Source: Acidobacteriota bacterium | GTDB taxonomy: Bacteria; Acidobacteriota; Vicinamibacteria; Vicinamibacterales; 2-12-FULL-66-21 | Direction of reading: 5' to 3' | NCBI GenBank assembly: GCA_046731735.1 | Contig: JBKPLP010000038.1 | Span: forward strand, 1,979 to 65,978 | DNA length: 64,000 nucleotides | Part shown: positions 42,249-51,656 of the stretch, in pieces | Layout of the letters: the number at the start of each line of letters is the position of its first letter | Position numbering within the stretch: position 1 is the first letter of the stretch | Translations under genes and position numbers: made by a program | Notes under the pieces: generated by a model | Seen by the model: the letters and a program-made list of their open reading frames with translations, nothing else | What the model was told of the DNA's origin: nothing | Databases searched by the model: none

Positions 42249-43774
42249 ACCGGCAGGGTCACCTCCACTCGCGATCCGGTCGCCATCGATTCGATCACCA
42301 GCGACCCGCCGGCGGACACGACGCGTTCTCTCAGGCTCACCGGCCCCGCATTCGCGGCTTGCAGCTCCTCGTCGGTCCTCCGCCCGCGGAACGGGAAGCC
42401 GCGCCCGTCGTTCGTTACGACGATGCGGAGCGTGCTGCGATCCGCGAGTTCGATGTCGACCGAAACGCGCGACGGTTGCGCATGTTTCAAGGCGTTCACC
42501 ACCGCTTCCCGGACGAGCAGGCGCAACGTCTGCTCGGCGGCTGGTGGCACGCGCAGATCCTGGGGGGTGGCGCGCACGACGATCGGAGTGCTCCAATCGA
42601 GCTCGAGCCGCGCTCGGATGTCCTGCAATGCGTCGGCCACCGCGCCGGTAGCGCCGACGTGACGCGAGAGCGGCTTCAAATCTTCGATGAAGAGCCGTAG
42701 CTCGCGCTGCTCGATCGCGATGGCGCGCTCGACCGCCAGCAGGTTGTCGCGTGCGCCGGGCGGCGCGCCGGCAGCGTCCGCCAGCCCCTGCAGGCGAAGC
42801 CGGATCCCGGTCAGCGACTGCAGCACGCCGTCGTGGAGGTCCCGCGCCACGCGGATGCGCTCTTCGCGGATCGCCACCTGCTGGAGCTGATCGTGCAGGT
42901 GCAGCCGCTCGAGGGAGTTCCCCACTTCGTGCGCGACGACGTTGACCAGTGGCACCAGTTCCGCGCCGGCGCCGTCGAGGCCGGCGCAGAACATCCGTCC
43001 ATGCACATGTTCCCCTTCGAACGGCGCGGAAGCCAGACCGACGCCCTGCACCCGCTCGAGGATGAGCGGCGCCGCCAGACTGCCGCGCCAGGCGGTCAGA
43101 TCGCCGGCGCCGCTGACAATCGCGTTCATCGAAGCGGTCACCGGATCATTCGATACGAATGTCGCATTCCGCAACTCCCGCGGCACCGGCTCGTTCAATT
43201 CCGTCGGTGGCATCCTGAGGATCTTCCCCTGCGTCGTCTGCGACGACTCGACGTAGACCCACGGCTCGTCCTCGGCTTCCCAGATGGCGACGACCCGTTC
43301 GCACTGGACGACCGTCGCCGCGTGTGCGAGCAGCTTCGACGCGGCGCCGGCGATGCTGACGTCGACGAAGATCGGCCACCCGCTCACCTTCTGGAGCGTC
43401 GTCAGCGCCCCGCGCAATTCGTTGAGCGCCTGCCGCTGCGCGTCTTCCGCACGCTTGCGCGCTGAACTGATCGAGGCCGTGACGAGGCCGACGATCGCGA
43501 ATGCGGCCAGGCGGACGATGTCGTCGGCGCCGACATCGAAAGACCAATACGGTCGAACGAAGAAATACGCGAGCGCTGCGGTCGAGAGTACCGTTGCGAG
43601 GAGAGCCGGGCCGTAGCCGCCGTAGATCGCGGTAAAGAGTACCGCCGGAAAGAAAAGAATCGATACGCTCGTGCCCATGACGCCCTTGATGGCGATAGTG
43701 CCGCCGGTTGCGAGCGCGACTGCGGCAACGGCGCCGGCGTACTCGAGCGCGGTTCGTCGAGGGTCCTTGGCCAT
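42245..43774 (-). CDS. Sensor histidine kinase (DUF4118-like TM region + HisKA_3)
   Basis: EERIRVARDLHDGVLQSL, EAVVNALKHA, DGRGF. Confidence 0.92.
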   Translation of the reverse strand: MAKDPRRTALEYAGAVAAVALATGGTIAIKGVMGTSVSILFFPAVLFTAIYGGYGPALLATVLSTAALAYFFVRPYWSFDVGADDIVRLAAFAIVGLVTASISSARKRAEDAQRQALNELRGALTTLQKVSGWPIFVDVSIAGAASKLLAHAATVVQCERVVAIWEAEDEPWVYVESSQTTQGKILRMPPTELNEPVPRELRNATFVSNDPVTASMNAIVSGAGDLTAWRGSLAAPLILERVQGVGLASAPFEGEHVHGRMFCAGLDGAGAELVPLVNVVAHEVGNSLERLHLHDQLQQVAIREERIRVARDLHDGVLQSLTGIRLRLQGLADAAGAPPGARDNLLAVERAIAIEQRELRLFIEDLKPLSRHVGATGAVADALQDIRARLELDWSTPIVVRATPQDLRVPPAAEQTLRLLVREAVVNALKHAQPSRVSVDIELADRSTLRIVVTNDGRGFPFRGRRTDEELQAANAGPVSLRERVVSAGGSLVIESMATGSRVEVTLPV

Positions 43775-43797
43775 GCGATGCGTGGGACGATCGCTGG

Positions 43798-45138
43798 TCA
43801 GTTGGACTTCTTCTTGGACGTCTTCCCCCCGAAAATCGCCAGGTCCACCGCATTGGCCATGGCTTCATAGCCGGCATTGTTCGGATGCAGATGGTCCCCA
43901 GGATCGAATTCAGCCTTGAATTTCTTCGGATCGGCGGCGTCGCGGGTGGCCGCCTCGAAATCGACAACGGCGTCGAAAGCACCGGACGTGCGGATCCACT
44001 GGTTCACCGCCGATCTCATGACCTCGCCCTCGTCGCGCGCGTAGCCTGCTCCCCCGTAAGGAGTCAGGGTGCATCCGATCACCTTGATGTCCTGCGCGTG
44101 CGCCCGCGCGATCATTTCCTTGAGCACCCAGATGAGGTCATCGCTGGTCACCGGCGTGTTGGCCGCGGGGTTGGCCAGGCTCCCGATGTCGTTGATCCCC
44201 TCGAGTATCATCAGCCACCTGACCGACGGATGGCTGAGCACATCACGGTCGAAACGCGCGAGCGCGCTGACTCCAGCGAGGCCGGTCGCATCGGTCAGCA
44301 GGCGGTTGCCGCCGATTCCCTCGTTCACCACCGCGACGTTCGCCGTCGCTTTGTTCGCCGCCAGCCGTGCCGCGAGCAGCGCCGGCCAGGAATGGTTGGT
44401 GTCGGGTGTCGAGCGTGCGCCGTCCGTGATCGAATCGCCGAACGCGACAATGGCGGCCGCCTCCGGCCGCGCAATCACCTCGACGCTCGACAACCAGTAG
44501 TACTGCTGCGTCGTCCCGGTCAGCGGGAACTCGGAGGCGCCGCTGAAGTCCCCTTCGCTCGACACGTACGTCGGCCGCAATCCCGTCGAGTGCGTCGTCG
44601 GAGTGCCGGTGTCGCGCGGGAAGAACAAGCTGACGGCGAGATCGGTCAGCGCGGGCACGTCGAGGTCGACCGGATCGCTGACGACGACAACCCCTGGCAT
44701 CAGCGTGAAGGACTGCCTGCCGCCGAACGTCAGCGGGCGATCTGACCCCGAGAGTATGCCCGCCTCGGTGCCACGGCGTGCGACGTGCGCCGAGCCCACT
44801 AGTACGGGCAGCATCGCGAATGCGTTCGACAACTTCACACGGACCCGGCGTCCGCCGATGGTCGTCCGGAGAATCATCCGCACCGTCTGATTGTTCAGCG
44901 CCGTGACGCGGAACGGCGGGTTCGCCTGAGCCGGCGCAGTTGATGGAGCTTGCGTCGTCGTGATCGCGACCGGCTGTGCCGGTGGCGCAGGTGGCGGCAT
45001 TCTGATCAACTGTTGCGCGGTTCCCCACGTCGGCACCCAGTGCTCGGCGGTCTCCTTGCCCTCTGCTGCGCCGAGCGCAGCCGCAGCGACGCCACTCTGA
45101 GCGATCACGATCAACAGCGCGATGACAACTCGCCTCAT
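43798..45138 (-). CDS. SGNH/GDSL-family hydrolase
   Basis: AFGDSITDG, GIGGNR, EGINDI, DHLHPN. Confidence 0.92.
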   Translation of the reverse strand: MRRVVIALLIVIAQSGVAAAALGAAEGKETAEHWVPTWGTAQQLIRMPPPAPPAQPVAITTTQAPSTAPAQANPPFRVTALNNQTVRMILRTTIGGRRVRVKLSNAFAMLPVLVGSAHVARRGTEAGILSGSDRPLTFGGRQSFTLMPGVVVVSDPVDLDVPALTDLAVSLFFPRDTGTPTTHSTGLRPTYVSSEGDFSGASEFPLTGTTQQYYWLSSVEVIARPEAAAIVAFGDSITDGARSTPDTNHSWPALLAARLAANKATANVAVVNEGIGGNRLLTDATGLAGVSALARFDRDVLSHPSVRWLMILEGINDIGSLANPAANTPVTSDDLIWVLKEMIARAHAQDIKVIGCTLTPYGGAGYARDEGEVMRSAVNQWIRTSGAFDAVVDFEAATRDAADPKKFKAEFDPGDHLHPNNAGYEAMANAVDLAIFGGKTSKKKSN

Positions 45139-47699
45139 CGGATGCTTCTCCCTGATGATTGAATCTCAATGTAATCAAGCGCGGCAGTTTCACCACCGTC
45201 CGGCGTTCCTTCGATCGTGATCGTGTCGCCGCTGCGCAAGGCGACGGCGCGAAAGACGCGCCGCGACGAAGAGGAGCCGTCGAGACGGCGAGTTGGCACC
45301 CGATCCGTCGCCGTCCATTCGCCGACGAGGCGATCGCCGATGCGCACGCGGAAGCGAGCGGCGCCGGTATTGACGTCGAAGTACTGGACGACGATATCGC
45401 GAGCGCCTGTCGCTCCGGTGTATTTGAATTCAGCCGTACAAGAAGCGGGTCCCGCCGCAGCCGGCTGCCCCGGTATCGGCGACGGCGGAAGGCACTCGAC
45501 CGCGCCCGTTCCCGAGGCAGTTTCCCAGGGGGTGACCGCCTTCACCACATACGCGCTCAGTTTCGCGTCTTCGGCTTCGATGCGGCCCGGGTAATTATCT
45601 ACACGCCCCTTCGCGTCCGCGATCCGCGACGCGCGATGGAACCAGCGCGTCACGCCGTCGCGCCACACGATCGCCTGTCCCGTCTGGTAATCCAACTGCT
45701 CCCGTATTTCCTCGAACCGTTGATCGTCCACGCTTCCCTTCAGCGTGGCCCATTCGCGAAGGTACCCGGCGACGGCAGCCGCGCCCTCGTAATGCGAATC
45801 GTAGATGCGCTGAATGACGGTCTCGCCGGAGTGCAGCCGATGCGTGTAGGGAACGTGGTGCAGGAAGAGCAGCAATTCGTCTGGACATCGCACGACGGAC
45901 TCGTACACCGCCTGCACCGGCGGCGCGTACTGGCCGGTGAACCCGGTGCCGGTCGCGACCGTACGATCCATTCCCACGCCCTTGTCGTCTGCGCGGTGCC
46001 ACTGTCCCCAGCCGTTCCGCTCGGACGCCTCCACCGCCACACCGTAATGGTTGCCGACGATGTCGGTGAGCGTCTGCAAGCCGAGCGGCCCGGTGTAGTT
46101 CTCGTAAGTGCGCCACGAGTCGAGTTGGATGCGAGTCACCGTTCCGAGCACTCGTGGATCGCTGCCGAACGTCAGCCGCGTCCACTCTTCGGCGATCTGC
46201 CGGGACGACAAGCCGGGATCCCAGGCGAGCCGCCCGAAGCCGTAGAGATTTGCCTGTGAGAGATGGTTGTTGAACCAGTTCGGCGCAAGACCCACGTTCG
46301 AGACACCCACGAAGCCGCCAGTCGGCCGGTGGAAGGTGCGGCCCGCGACGATCGATTTCACCGGAGACGGTCCACTTGCGTCGACGTGCAGATCGAAGTC
46401 GAGCACGTCCTTCCACATCGGTACGAGGAAGACGGCATGCCGCCCCTGTCCCATGTACTCCTGAGTGATCTGGAGCTCTATCGCCTGATTGGTGCGTTCG
46501 AGCGCGCCGAAGAGCGGCGATGCCGGCTCGCGGACCTGGAAATCGATAGGACCGTGTTTGATCTGTACGATCGCGTTGTCGTCGAACCGTCCATCGAGCG
46601 GGTGAAAGTTGTCGTACGCCGCCCGCGCGCGGTCGTTCTTCGGGTTGTTCCAGTCCATGTGATGGTCGTACACGAAGCCGCGATAGAAGATTACCCCGCC
46701 GTGCGGCGCGAGCGCGCGCGCGACGACGTTTGCCGCGTCCGCGTGCGTCCGCCCGTAGGCGGACGGTCCGACCCGTCCCTCGGAATCGGCCTTCAACACG
46801 AAGCCGGCGAAGTCGGGAATGGCCTTGTAGATGTCGTCTGCGCGTGCCTTCCACCAGGCAATCACGGAGGGATCGAGCGGATCGTAGGTCGGCAGCTTGC
46901 CGAGCGATTGCGGGCTCCCGAAGTCGATCGCCAGCGCCAGCCGCACGCCCCACGGCCGAAGCACGTCGGCGACGCGCACGATCTCCGGCAACAGCTCGGA
47001 CGACAGTACCAGCGGATTCGCGTTGACGTTGTTGATCGAGATGCCGTTCACGCCGAGCGACGCCAGCAGGCGGCCGTATTCATTGACGCGCGCCAGGTCC
47101 TGCCGGATGTGACCGCCGTCCCAGAAAATCGAGCGGCCGCCGTAACCGCGCTCGATGCTGCCGTCGATGTTGTTCCACTCGTTGACCCAGCGGAGTGGTC
47201 CGTATGGTGCCTGGGTCTCGTCGAGCGCTCCGGCCGACTCGCTCGTCGCGAGCCTCCGCAGCCATGCGAACGCGCCGTACAACGTGCCGCGATCGCTTTG
47301 GCCCGCGATCGCAATAATCCTGGCGCCGTTGATCGTCACAGCCTTCAGCGTGAATCCATCGGCGCCGATACTGGCGGACAGGTTGAGCTGCGGTACCGCC
47401 GCGCGGACGCCGTCGATCGTGCCAACGACGATCGCGCCGTCAGGCGGAAGCTCGTGCGCCAGCGCGAGATCGCGGCCGAGCATCCCGCGCACGCCGAGGG
47501 CGATCTCCTCGCGCGCCTTCCGGATCGGCGCAGAGTCGCCCAGGACCATGAGCGACTTGGGAAGCTCGGCTTGATAGCGACGCGCGATCCGCGCATCGAG
47601 GCTGGCATACCGAAGCCAGGCCGCCTGCCCCGTCTCCGCGGCGGCGAGGCTCGGCAGCAGCACGAGCGCGAGGGTCGAACCCAGCGAGCGAAATCTCAT
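45135..47699 (-). CDS. aguA: Alpha-glucuronidase (GH67)
   Basis: WNNIDGSIERGYGG, KADSEG, KHGPIDFQVREP, ELQITQEYMGQ. Confidence 0.93.
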   Translation of the reverse strand: MRFRSLGSTLALVLLPSLAAAETGQAAWLRYASLDARIARRYQAELPKSLMVLGDSAPIRKAREEIALGVRGMLGRDLALAHELPPDGAIVVGTIDGVRAAVPQLNLSASIGADGFTLKAVTINGARIIAIAGQSDRGTLYGAFAWLRRLATSESAGALDETQAPYGPLRWVNEWNNIDGSIERGYGGRSIFWDGGHIRQDLARVNEYGRLLASLGVNGISINNVNANPLVLSSELLPEIVRVADVLRPWGVRLALAIDFGSPQSLGKLPTYDPLDPSVIAWWKARADDIYKAIPDFAGFVLKADSEGRVGPSAYGRTHADAANVVARALAPHGGVIFYRGFVYDHHMDWNNPKNDRARAAYDNFHPLDGRFDDNAIVQIKHGPIDFQVREPASPLFGALERTNQAIELQITQEYMGQGRHAVFLVPMWKDVLDFDLHVDASGPSPVKSIVAGRTFHRPTGGFVGVSNVGLAPNWFNNHLSQANLYGFGRLAWDPGLSSRQIAEEWTRLTFGSDPRVLGTVTRIQLDSWRTYENYTGPLGLQTLTDIVGNHYGVAVEASERNGWGQWHRADDKGVGMDRTVATGTGFTGQYAPPVQAVYESVVRCPDELLLFLHHVPYTHRLHSGETVIQRIYDSHYEGAAAVAGYLREWATLKGSVDDQRFEEIREQLDYQTGQAIVWRDGVTRWFHRASRIADAKGRVDNYPGRIEAEDAKLSAYVVKAVTPWETASGTGAVECLPPSPIPGQPAAAGPASCTAEFKYTGATGARDIVVQYFDVNTGAARFRVRIGDRLVGEWTATDRVPTRRLDGSSSSRRVFRAVALRSGDTITIEGTPDGGETAALDYIEIQSSGRSIR

Positions 47700-48208
47700 T
47701 TCTTCTTCATCAGAGGCGGAAGGTCCCGCTCGAGCGCCTCCAATTGTGCATTGAAAGCCGTCCATCGGGCCTGCTCTTCGGCGAGCAGCTGGCCGAGCGA
47801 CGTCTGTCGCTGCTTCAGCTCGGAATCGCCGGTCTGCAGCTTTTCGAGCTGCGCCTTGAAGGCGGCCGCGAAGGGCTGTTCTTCAGGCTTCGCAGGTTCT
47901 TTGGACAGCTCCTTCAGCATCATCTCGGTGAAAGGGTTGCGAGCGGCCTCGAGCCCGCGAATCTGCTCGTCGGTCTGCGCCAGGTCGCGCGCGAGGCCGG
48001 CAATCCGTTGCTCCTGTACCTGCAGTCTGGCAACGAGCAGCTGCGCACGGACGCTCGCCTCCTGCATTTTCAACATGTCAGCGCGCAGCGCGCGCAGTTC
48101 CGCCACGACGTCGTCCATCGTGGCAGGCTTCGAGGACGCCGCCACCTGCGCCGACGCCACCGAGCCCGATCCCAACAGCAACGCCGCTACGAATAGACAG
48201 TTCTTCAT
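47696..48208 (-). CDS. Secreted coiled-coil hypothetical protein
   Basis: Signal peptide MKNCLFVAALLLG...AQ; GGAGG RBS; overlaps neighbours by 4 nt. Confidence 0.75.
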   Translation of the reverse strand: MKNCLFVAALLLGSGSVASAQVAASSKPATMDDVVAELRALRADMLKMQEASVRAQLLVARLQVQEQRIAGLARDLAQTDEQIRGLEAARNPFTEMMLKELSKEPAKPEEQPFAAAFKAQLEKLQTGDSELKQRQTSLGQLLAEEQARWTAFNAQLEALERDLPPLMKKK

Positions 48209-48798
48209 GCAACCTCCGGTTTCAACACCACACGGGTTTTCGAAAGCAGCTCGAACGCGCGCTGGTGACGTTCGGTGAACAGCGCGAACATCGCGTCGAC
48301 CCAGAACACCTGGAAGAACGCGGGCAGCTGCCGGACGATCGACTGCCCGAAGCTGATCCGGCCGCCGGACTCGCGCACGACACGCAGCCCGAACAGGTGC
48401 TTGCCGACGGTTTCGCCGAACCGATATTCGGCCAGAATTGGATAACCTGGCAGCGCGACGACCAGGCCAAGGACACAGATGATCAGCAAGGCGGCCTTGT
48501 CCACCGTCATCGCGAGCCAGACAAGAGGGGCAATCACGGCGAAGGTCAGCACGAAGTCGATCAGCTTCGCCCACACGCGCGTCCAGAAGGGCGCGGGCAC
48601 GAGCGGCACGGCGGACAGATACGACTCGGCCAGCACGATCGGATCGCCGAGCTGCCGCAGCGCGACATCGATGGTGTCCCCATGCTCCATCCGTTCCGCG
48701 ACATGGCTCCGGATCTCCATTTCGACCTGCGAGCGGATCTCCGAGCCCGGCGGGAGCCGGTCGAGCGCCCGGACGATGTAATCATCTATGGGATTCAT
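48205..48798 (-). CDS. RDD-family protein with N-terminal HAAS-like domain
   Basis: IDDYI...EIRSHV...ALRQLGDP; RVWAKLID, GETVGKHLFGLRVV. Confidence 0.88.
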   Translation of the reverse strand: MNPIDDYIVRALDRLPPGSEIRSQVEMEIRSHVAERMEHGDTIDVALRQLGDPIVLAESYLSAVPLVPAPFWTRVWAKLIDFVLTFAVIAPLVWLAMTVDKAALLIICVLGLVVALPGYPILAEYRFGETVGKHLFGLRVVRESGGRISFGQSIVRQLPAFFQVFWVDAMFALFTERHQRAFELLSKTRVVLKPEVA

Positions 48799-49160
48799 GT
48801 AGCCTCCGGTGACCGACGAAGCAGCCGCCCCATCGCCCCTGCAAACGCGTTCCACTCCTGGGTCAATCGCGCGAGCTCTGCGTGGCCGGTTTTGGTGAGG
48901 CGGTAGTACTTGCGCGGAACGCCGCGGTCGGGAGTTTCCCAACGCACGGCAACGAAGCCGGCTCGCTCCAGACGGTAGAGCACCGGGTACAACGTGCCGT
49001 CGGTGACTTCCAGCGCGCCGTTGGTGTGCTCGGCGAGGGAGGTAACGATCTGATAGCCGTAGGTCTCGCCGAACGAGAGCAGGTGCAGGACGATGAGCTC
49101 GAGCGATCCGCGCCGGAGCTCGCGGGCGATGCCTTTGCGGTCGTCCTCGCGTCCAGTCAC
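48795..49160 (-). CDS. PadR-family transcriptional regulator
   Basis: YGYQIV, GTLYPVLYRLE, RKYYRLT. Confidence 0.95.
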   Translation of the reverse strand: MTGREDDRKGIARELRRGSLELIVLHLLSFGETYGYQIVTSLAEHTNGALEVTDGTLYPVLYRLERAGFVAVRWETPDRGVPRKYYRLTKTGHAELARLTQEWNAFAGAMGRLLRRSPEAT

Positions 49161-49166
49161 CAGACC

Positions 49167-49207
49167 ATTATACGACCATATATCTTGCTATGCAAGGTAT
49201 ATGGTCG
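49167..49207 (-). promoter_or_regulatory. sigma70 promoter overlapped by a 16-bp inverted repeat (probable PadR operator)
   Basis: TTGCAT-N17-TATAAT on minus strand; CGACCATATATCTTGC-TAT-GCAAGGTATATGGTCG (15/16 match). Confidence 0.75.
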
Positions 49208-49237
49208 CGCGGGTGCTACGGTCGAGGTTAGGTGCGC

Positions 49238-50170
49238 TCAGGCGGACGGTGCGCTGAACGGCTTCTCCCCCGCCAGGAACCTGTCCACGCGGGCGGAGAC
49301 GTCCTTCAGATACGCGGCATCACCGCCGTTCAACTCGGTCGTCACGAATCCGCTGTATTTGACCTCGTCGAGCGCGCGGCGCACTTCCTGCCAGTCGATG
49401 TCTCCTTCGCCGATGTTCTTCCACGTGAACCGGCCGTTGCGCCGATCGAAATTGAAGTCCTTCAGGTGCATCTTGGCGATGCGCGGGCCGAGCGTGCGAA
49501 TCCAGTCCTGCGGGAACGCGTAGAGCACGATGTTACCGACGTCGAAGTAGGCGCGCACCAGCGGAGACTCGAATTCGTCGACGTAGCGCGCGAACTCCAG
49601 CGGGCTGAGCAGGAATTTGTTCCACACCTCCTCGACCGCAATCACGACCTTCGTCTCCTTCGCGATGGGCAGGAGCTGTTCCCTGATCACCCGCTGCGAG
49701 CGCGTGTAGGCGTCCTTATAGGAGGTGTTCGCGTCGACGACCGCCGGCACCAGGAGGACGGTTTCCGCGCCCCAGAGCGCCGCGTTACGGAGTGATGTCT
49801 CCATGCCTTTGACGCTGCCGCTCACCACCTGCGGATCGCTGCTCGACAGCGGGAGACGCCAGTGATCCATGTTCATGACCGAATGAATCTTCAAACCGGT
49901 CTTCCGCGACGCGTCGCGAATCTCCGCCGCCTCCTCGGGCTTGGCGATGGTCTGCATCTCGATGCCTTCGAAGCCGATGTCGCGCGCGAGCGCAAAGCGA
50001 TCGGCGTAGGACAGCTCCTTCGGCAACATCGAGATCAGAATGGATTTGTGGATCTTGGTGGAGAACTGCGGCGCAGCGGCGGGCGCCGACTGACCCGCAA
50101 CGGTGCGCGTGAGCGGGGTCACCGCCGCGGTCGCGGCGAGGGTTTTCAGGAACGTGCGGCGATCGAGCAT
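49238..50170 (-). CDS. Tat-exported sugar phosphate isomerase/epimerase-family (xylose isomerase-like TIM barrel) protein
   Basis: DRRTFLK signal; EEVWNKFLLSP, YFDVGN, HLKDF. Confidence 0.9.
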   Translation of the reverse strand: MLDRRTFLKTLAATAAVTPLTRTVAGQSAPAAAPQFSTKIHKSILISMLPKELSYADRFALARDIGFEGIEMQTIAKPEEAAEIRDASRKTGLKIHSVMNMDHWRLPLSSSDPQVVSGSVKGMETSLRNAALWGAETVLLVPAVVDANTSYKDAYTRSQRVIREQLLPIAKETKVVIAVEEVWNKFLLSPLEFARYVDEFESPLVRAYFDVGNIVLYAFPQDWIRTLGPRIAKMHLKDFNFDRRNGRFTWKNIGEGDIDWQEVRRALDEVKYSGFVTTELNGGDAAYLKDVSARVDRFLAGEKPFSAPSA

Positions 50171-50206
50171 GGATCCCTCCAGCCGGGGATTATATGTGCT
50201 AGGAGG

Positions 50207-50416
50207 CTTCGCTGTCCGTTGGCGGCTTCGCTGACGGTTCGGGGTTCTTCGCTGATCGTTCGGGTTTCTTCGCTGACCGTTCGGGGTTCATCGCTGATCG
50301 TTCGCGGCTTCGCTGGCCGTTCCGGTTCTTCGCTGACCGTTGGGTTCTTCGCTGCTCGTTCGCGGCTTCGCTGGCCGTTCGATTTCTTCGGCCGATCGTT
50401 GGCGGCTTCGCGGTTC
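50207..50416. repeat. About 10 degenerate 19-21 bp direct repeats, core CTTCGCTGNNCGTT
   Basis: Read directly. Confidence 0.85.
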
Positions 50417-50453
50417 ATTCCAACCCTTCGCGGGGCCGGTCCCAACGGAGCAC

Positions 50454-50562
50454 CAGTTCGCCAAACGGACAGCGTCAGTTCCCAACGATCAGCGCCAGTT
50501 CCAACGGCCACCGTCAGTTCCCAACGATCAGCGCCAGTTCCCAACGGCCACCGTCACTTCCC
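50454..50562. repeat. Five 19-22 bp repeats CAGTTCCCAACG(ATCAGCG/GCCACCG); core inverted relative to the 50207 array
   Basis: AACGATCAGCG is the reverse complement of CGCTGATCGTT. Confidence 0.85.
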
Positions 50563-50582
50563 GGAGTATGCTCTTGCTGTTT

Positions 50583-51656
50583 ATGACCCTGACCCGCCGA
50601 GATTTCGTTCGAACGTTCGCGGCCGCGCCGGCGGTGCGCGGCTTGAGCATTCCCGCAATTGCCCAACGCGAGTCGGCCGGGTCGCTGACGGATGTGCCCG
50701 GCATCAGCGTCGGCCACTACACGGACACACGTCGGCCGACCGGATGCAGCGCGATCCTCTTCGACAGCGCGGCGGCCGCCGGGGTGGATTACGCCAGCTC
50801 GGCGCCCGGTGAGTCGCAAGGCGTGCTGCTGCAGCCGGTCAGCCCGGTCGAACGCATCCACGCGCTGTTTCTCACCGGCGGCGGCGTCCTCTCGCTGCCG
50901 TCCACTGCCGGCGTGATCCGCTACTTCGAAGAGCGCAATCTCGGGTTCGACTGGGGCACGCCCGGCCTTCGCATCCCCATCGTCGTCGGCGCGGTCATCG
51001 ACGACCTCGCCGTCGGCGATCCGAAGATCCGCCCTGATCCCGAGGCCGCTTACAAGGCATGCCTCGCGGCGAACAAGGGGCCCGTCGCGGAAGGCAACGT
51101 CGGCGTCGGCGCCGGCGCCACGGTTGGCAAAATGCACCGCGGACGAGGACTCGGCGGCATGAAAGGCGGGCTCGGCACGGCGAGCCTGAAGCTCGGCGAC
51201 GTCGTGATCGCGGCGCTCGCGGTCGTCAATGCCGCGGGGGATGTCCTCGACTGGCGATCCGGCCGCATCGTCGCGGGCGCGCGACGTCCGGACGGAACCT
51301 TCGCCGACAGCGTGGAGGTGATGCGCGGCATCGTCAGCGGCGCTCGCGGCGGACTGGTCGAGGACCCCGCGCTGCGCAGCACGACGCTGGCCGTGGTCGC
51401 GACGAACGTCACGCTGCAGAAGACCGCGCTGACCAAAGTCGCGAACATGGCGAACTGCGGCGCGGCGCGTGCCATCCGGCCGTATCACACGACGGGCGAC
51501 GGCGATTCGCTGTTCGCGATATCGACGGGGCAGCTCAATCGGCCGGACGTGCAGCTGACCGCGATCGGCGCGCTCGCGGCCGACCTCGTGGCCGAGGCCA
51601 TCGTGCGCGGCGTGCGCGCTGCCAGGAGCGTCGAAGGATGGCCGGCGGCCCAGTAA
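50583..51656 (+). CDS. P1/S58 (DmpA-like) peptidase with Tat signal
   Basis: TRRDFV; LTDVPGISVGH, EGNVGVGAGAT, MKGGLGTAS, STTLAVVATN, HTTGDGD. Confidence 0.9.
   Translation: MTLTRRDFVRTFAAAPAVRGLSIPAIAQRESAGSLTDVPGISVGHYTDTRRPTGCSAILFDSAAAAGVDYASSAPGESQGVLLQPVSPVERIHALFLTGGGVLSLPSTAGVIRYFEERNLGFDWGTPGLRIPIVVGAVIDDLAVGDPKIRPDPEAAYKACLAANKGPVAEGNVGVGAGATVGKMHRGRGLGGMKGGLGTASLKLGDVVIAALAVVNAAGDVLDWRSGRIVAGARRPDGTFADSVEVMRGIVSGARGGLVEDPALRSTTLAVVATNVTLQKTALTKVANMANCGAARAIRPYHTTGDGDSLFAISTGQLNRPDVQLTAIGALAADLVAEAIVRGVRAARSVEGWPAAQ

Noticed and set aside
50207..50562. CRISPR array
   Set aside because: Units are contiguous and degenerate with no unique 25-45 bp spacers, and there are no cas genes.
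50146..50582. Repeat-protein ORF 50146-50544 and N-terminal extension of the P1 peptidase from 50340
   Set aside because: Repeat units are not consistently multiples of three, and the Tat signal fixes the peptidase start at 50583.
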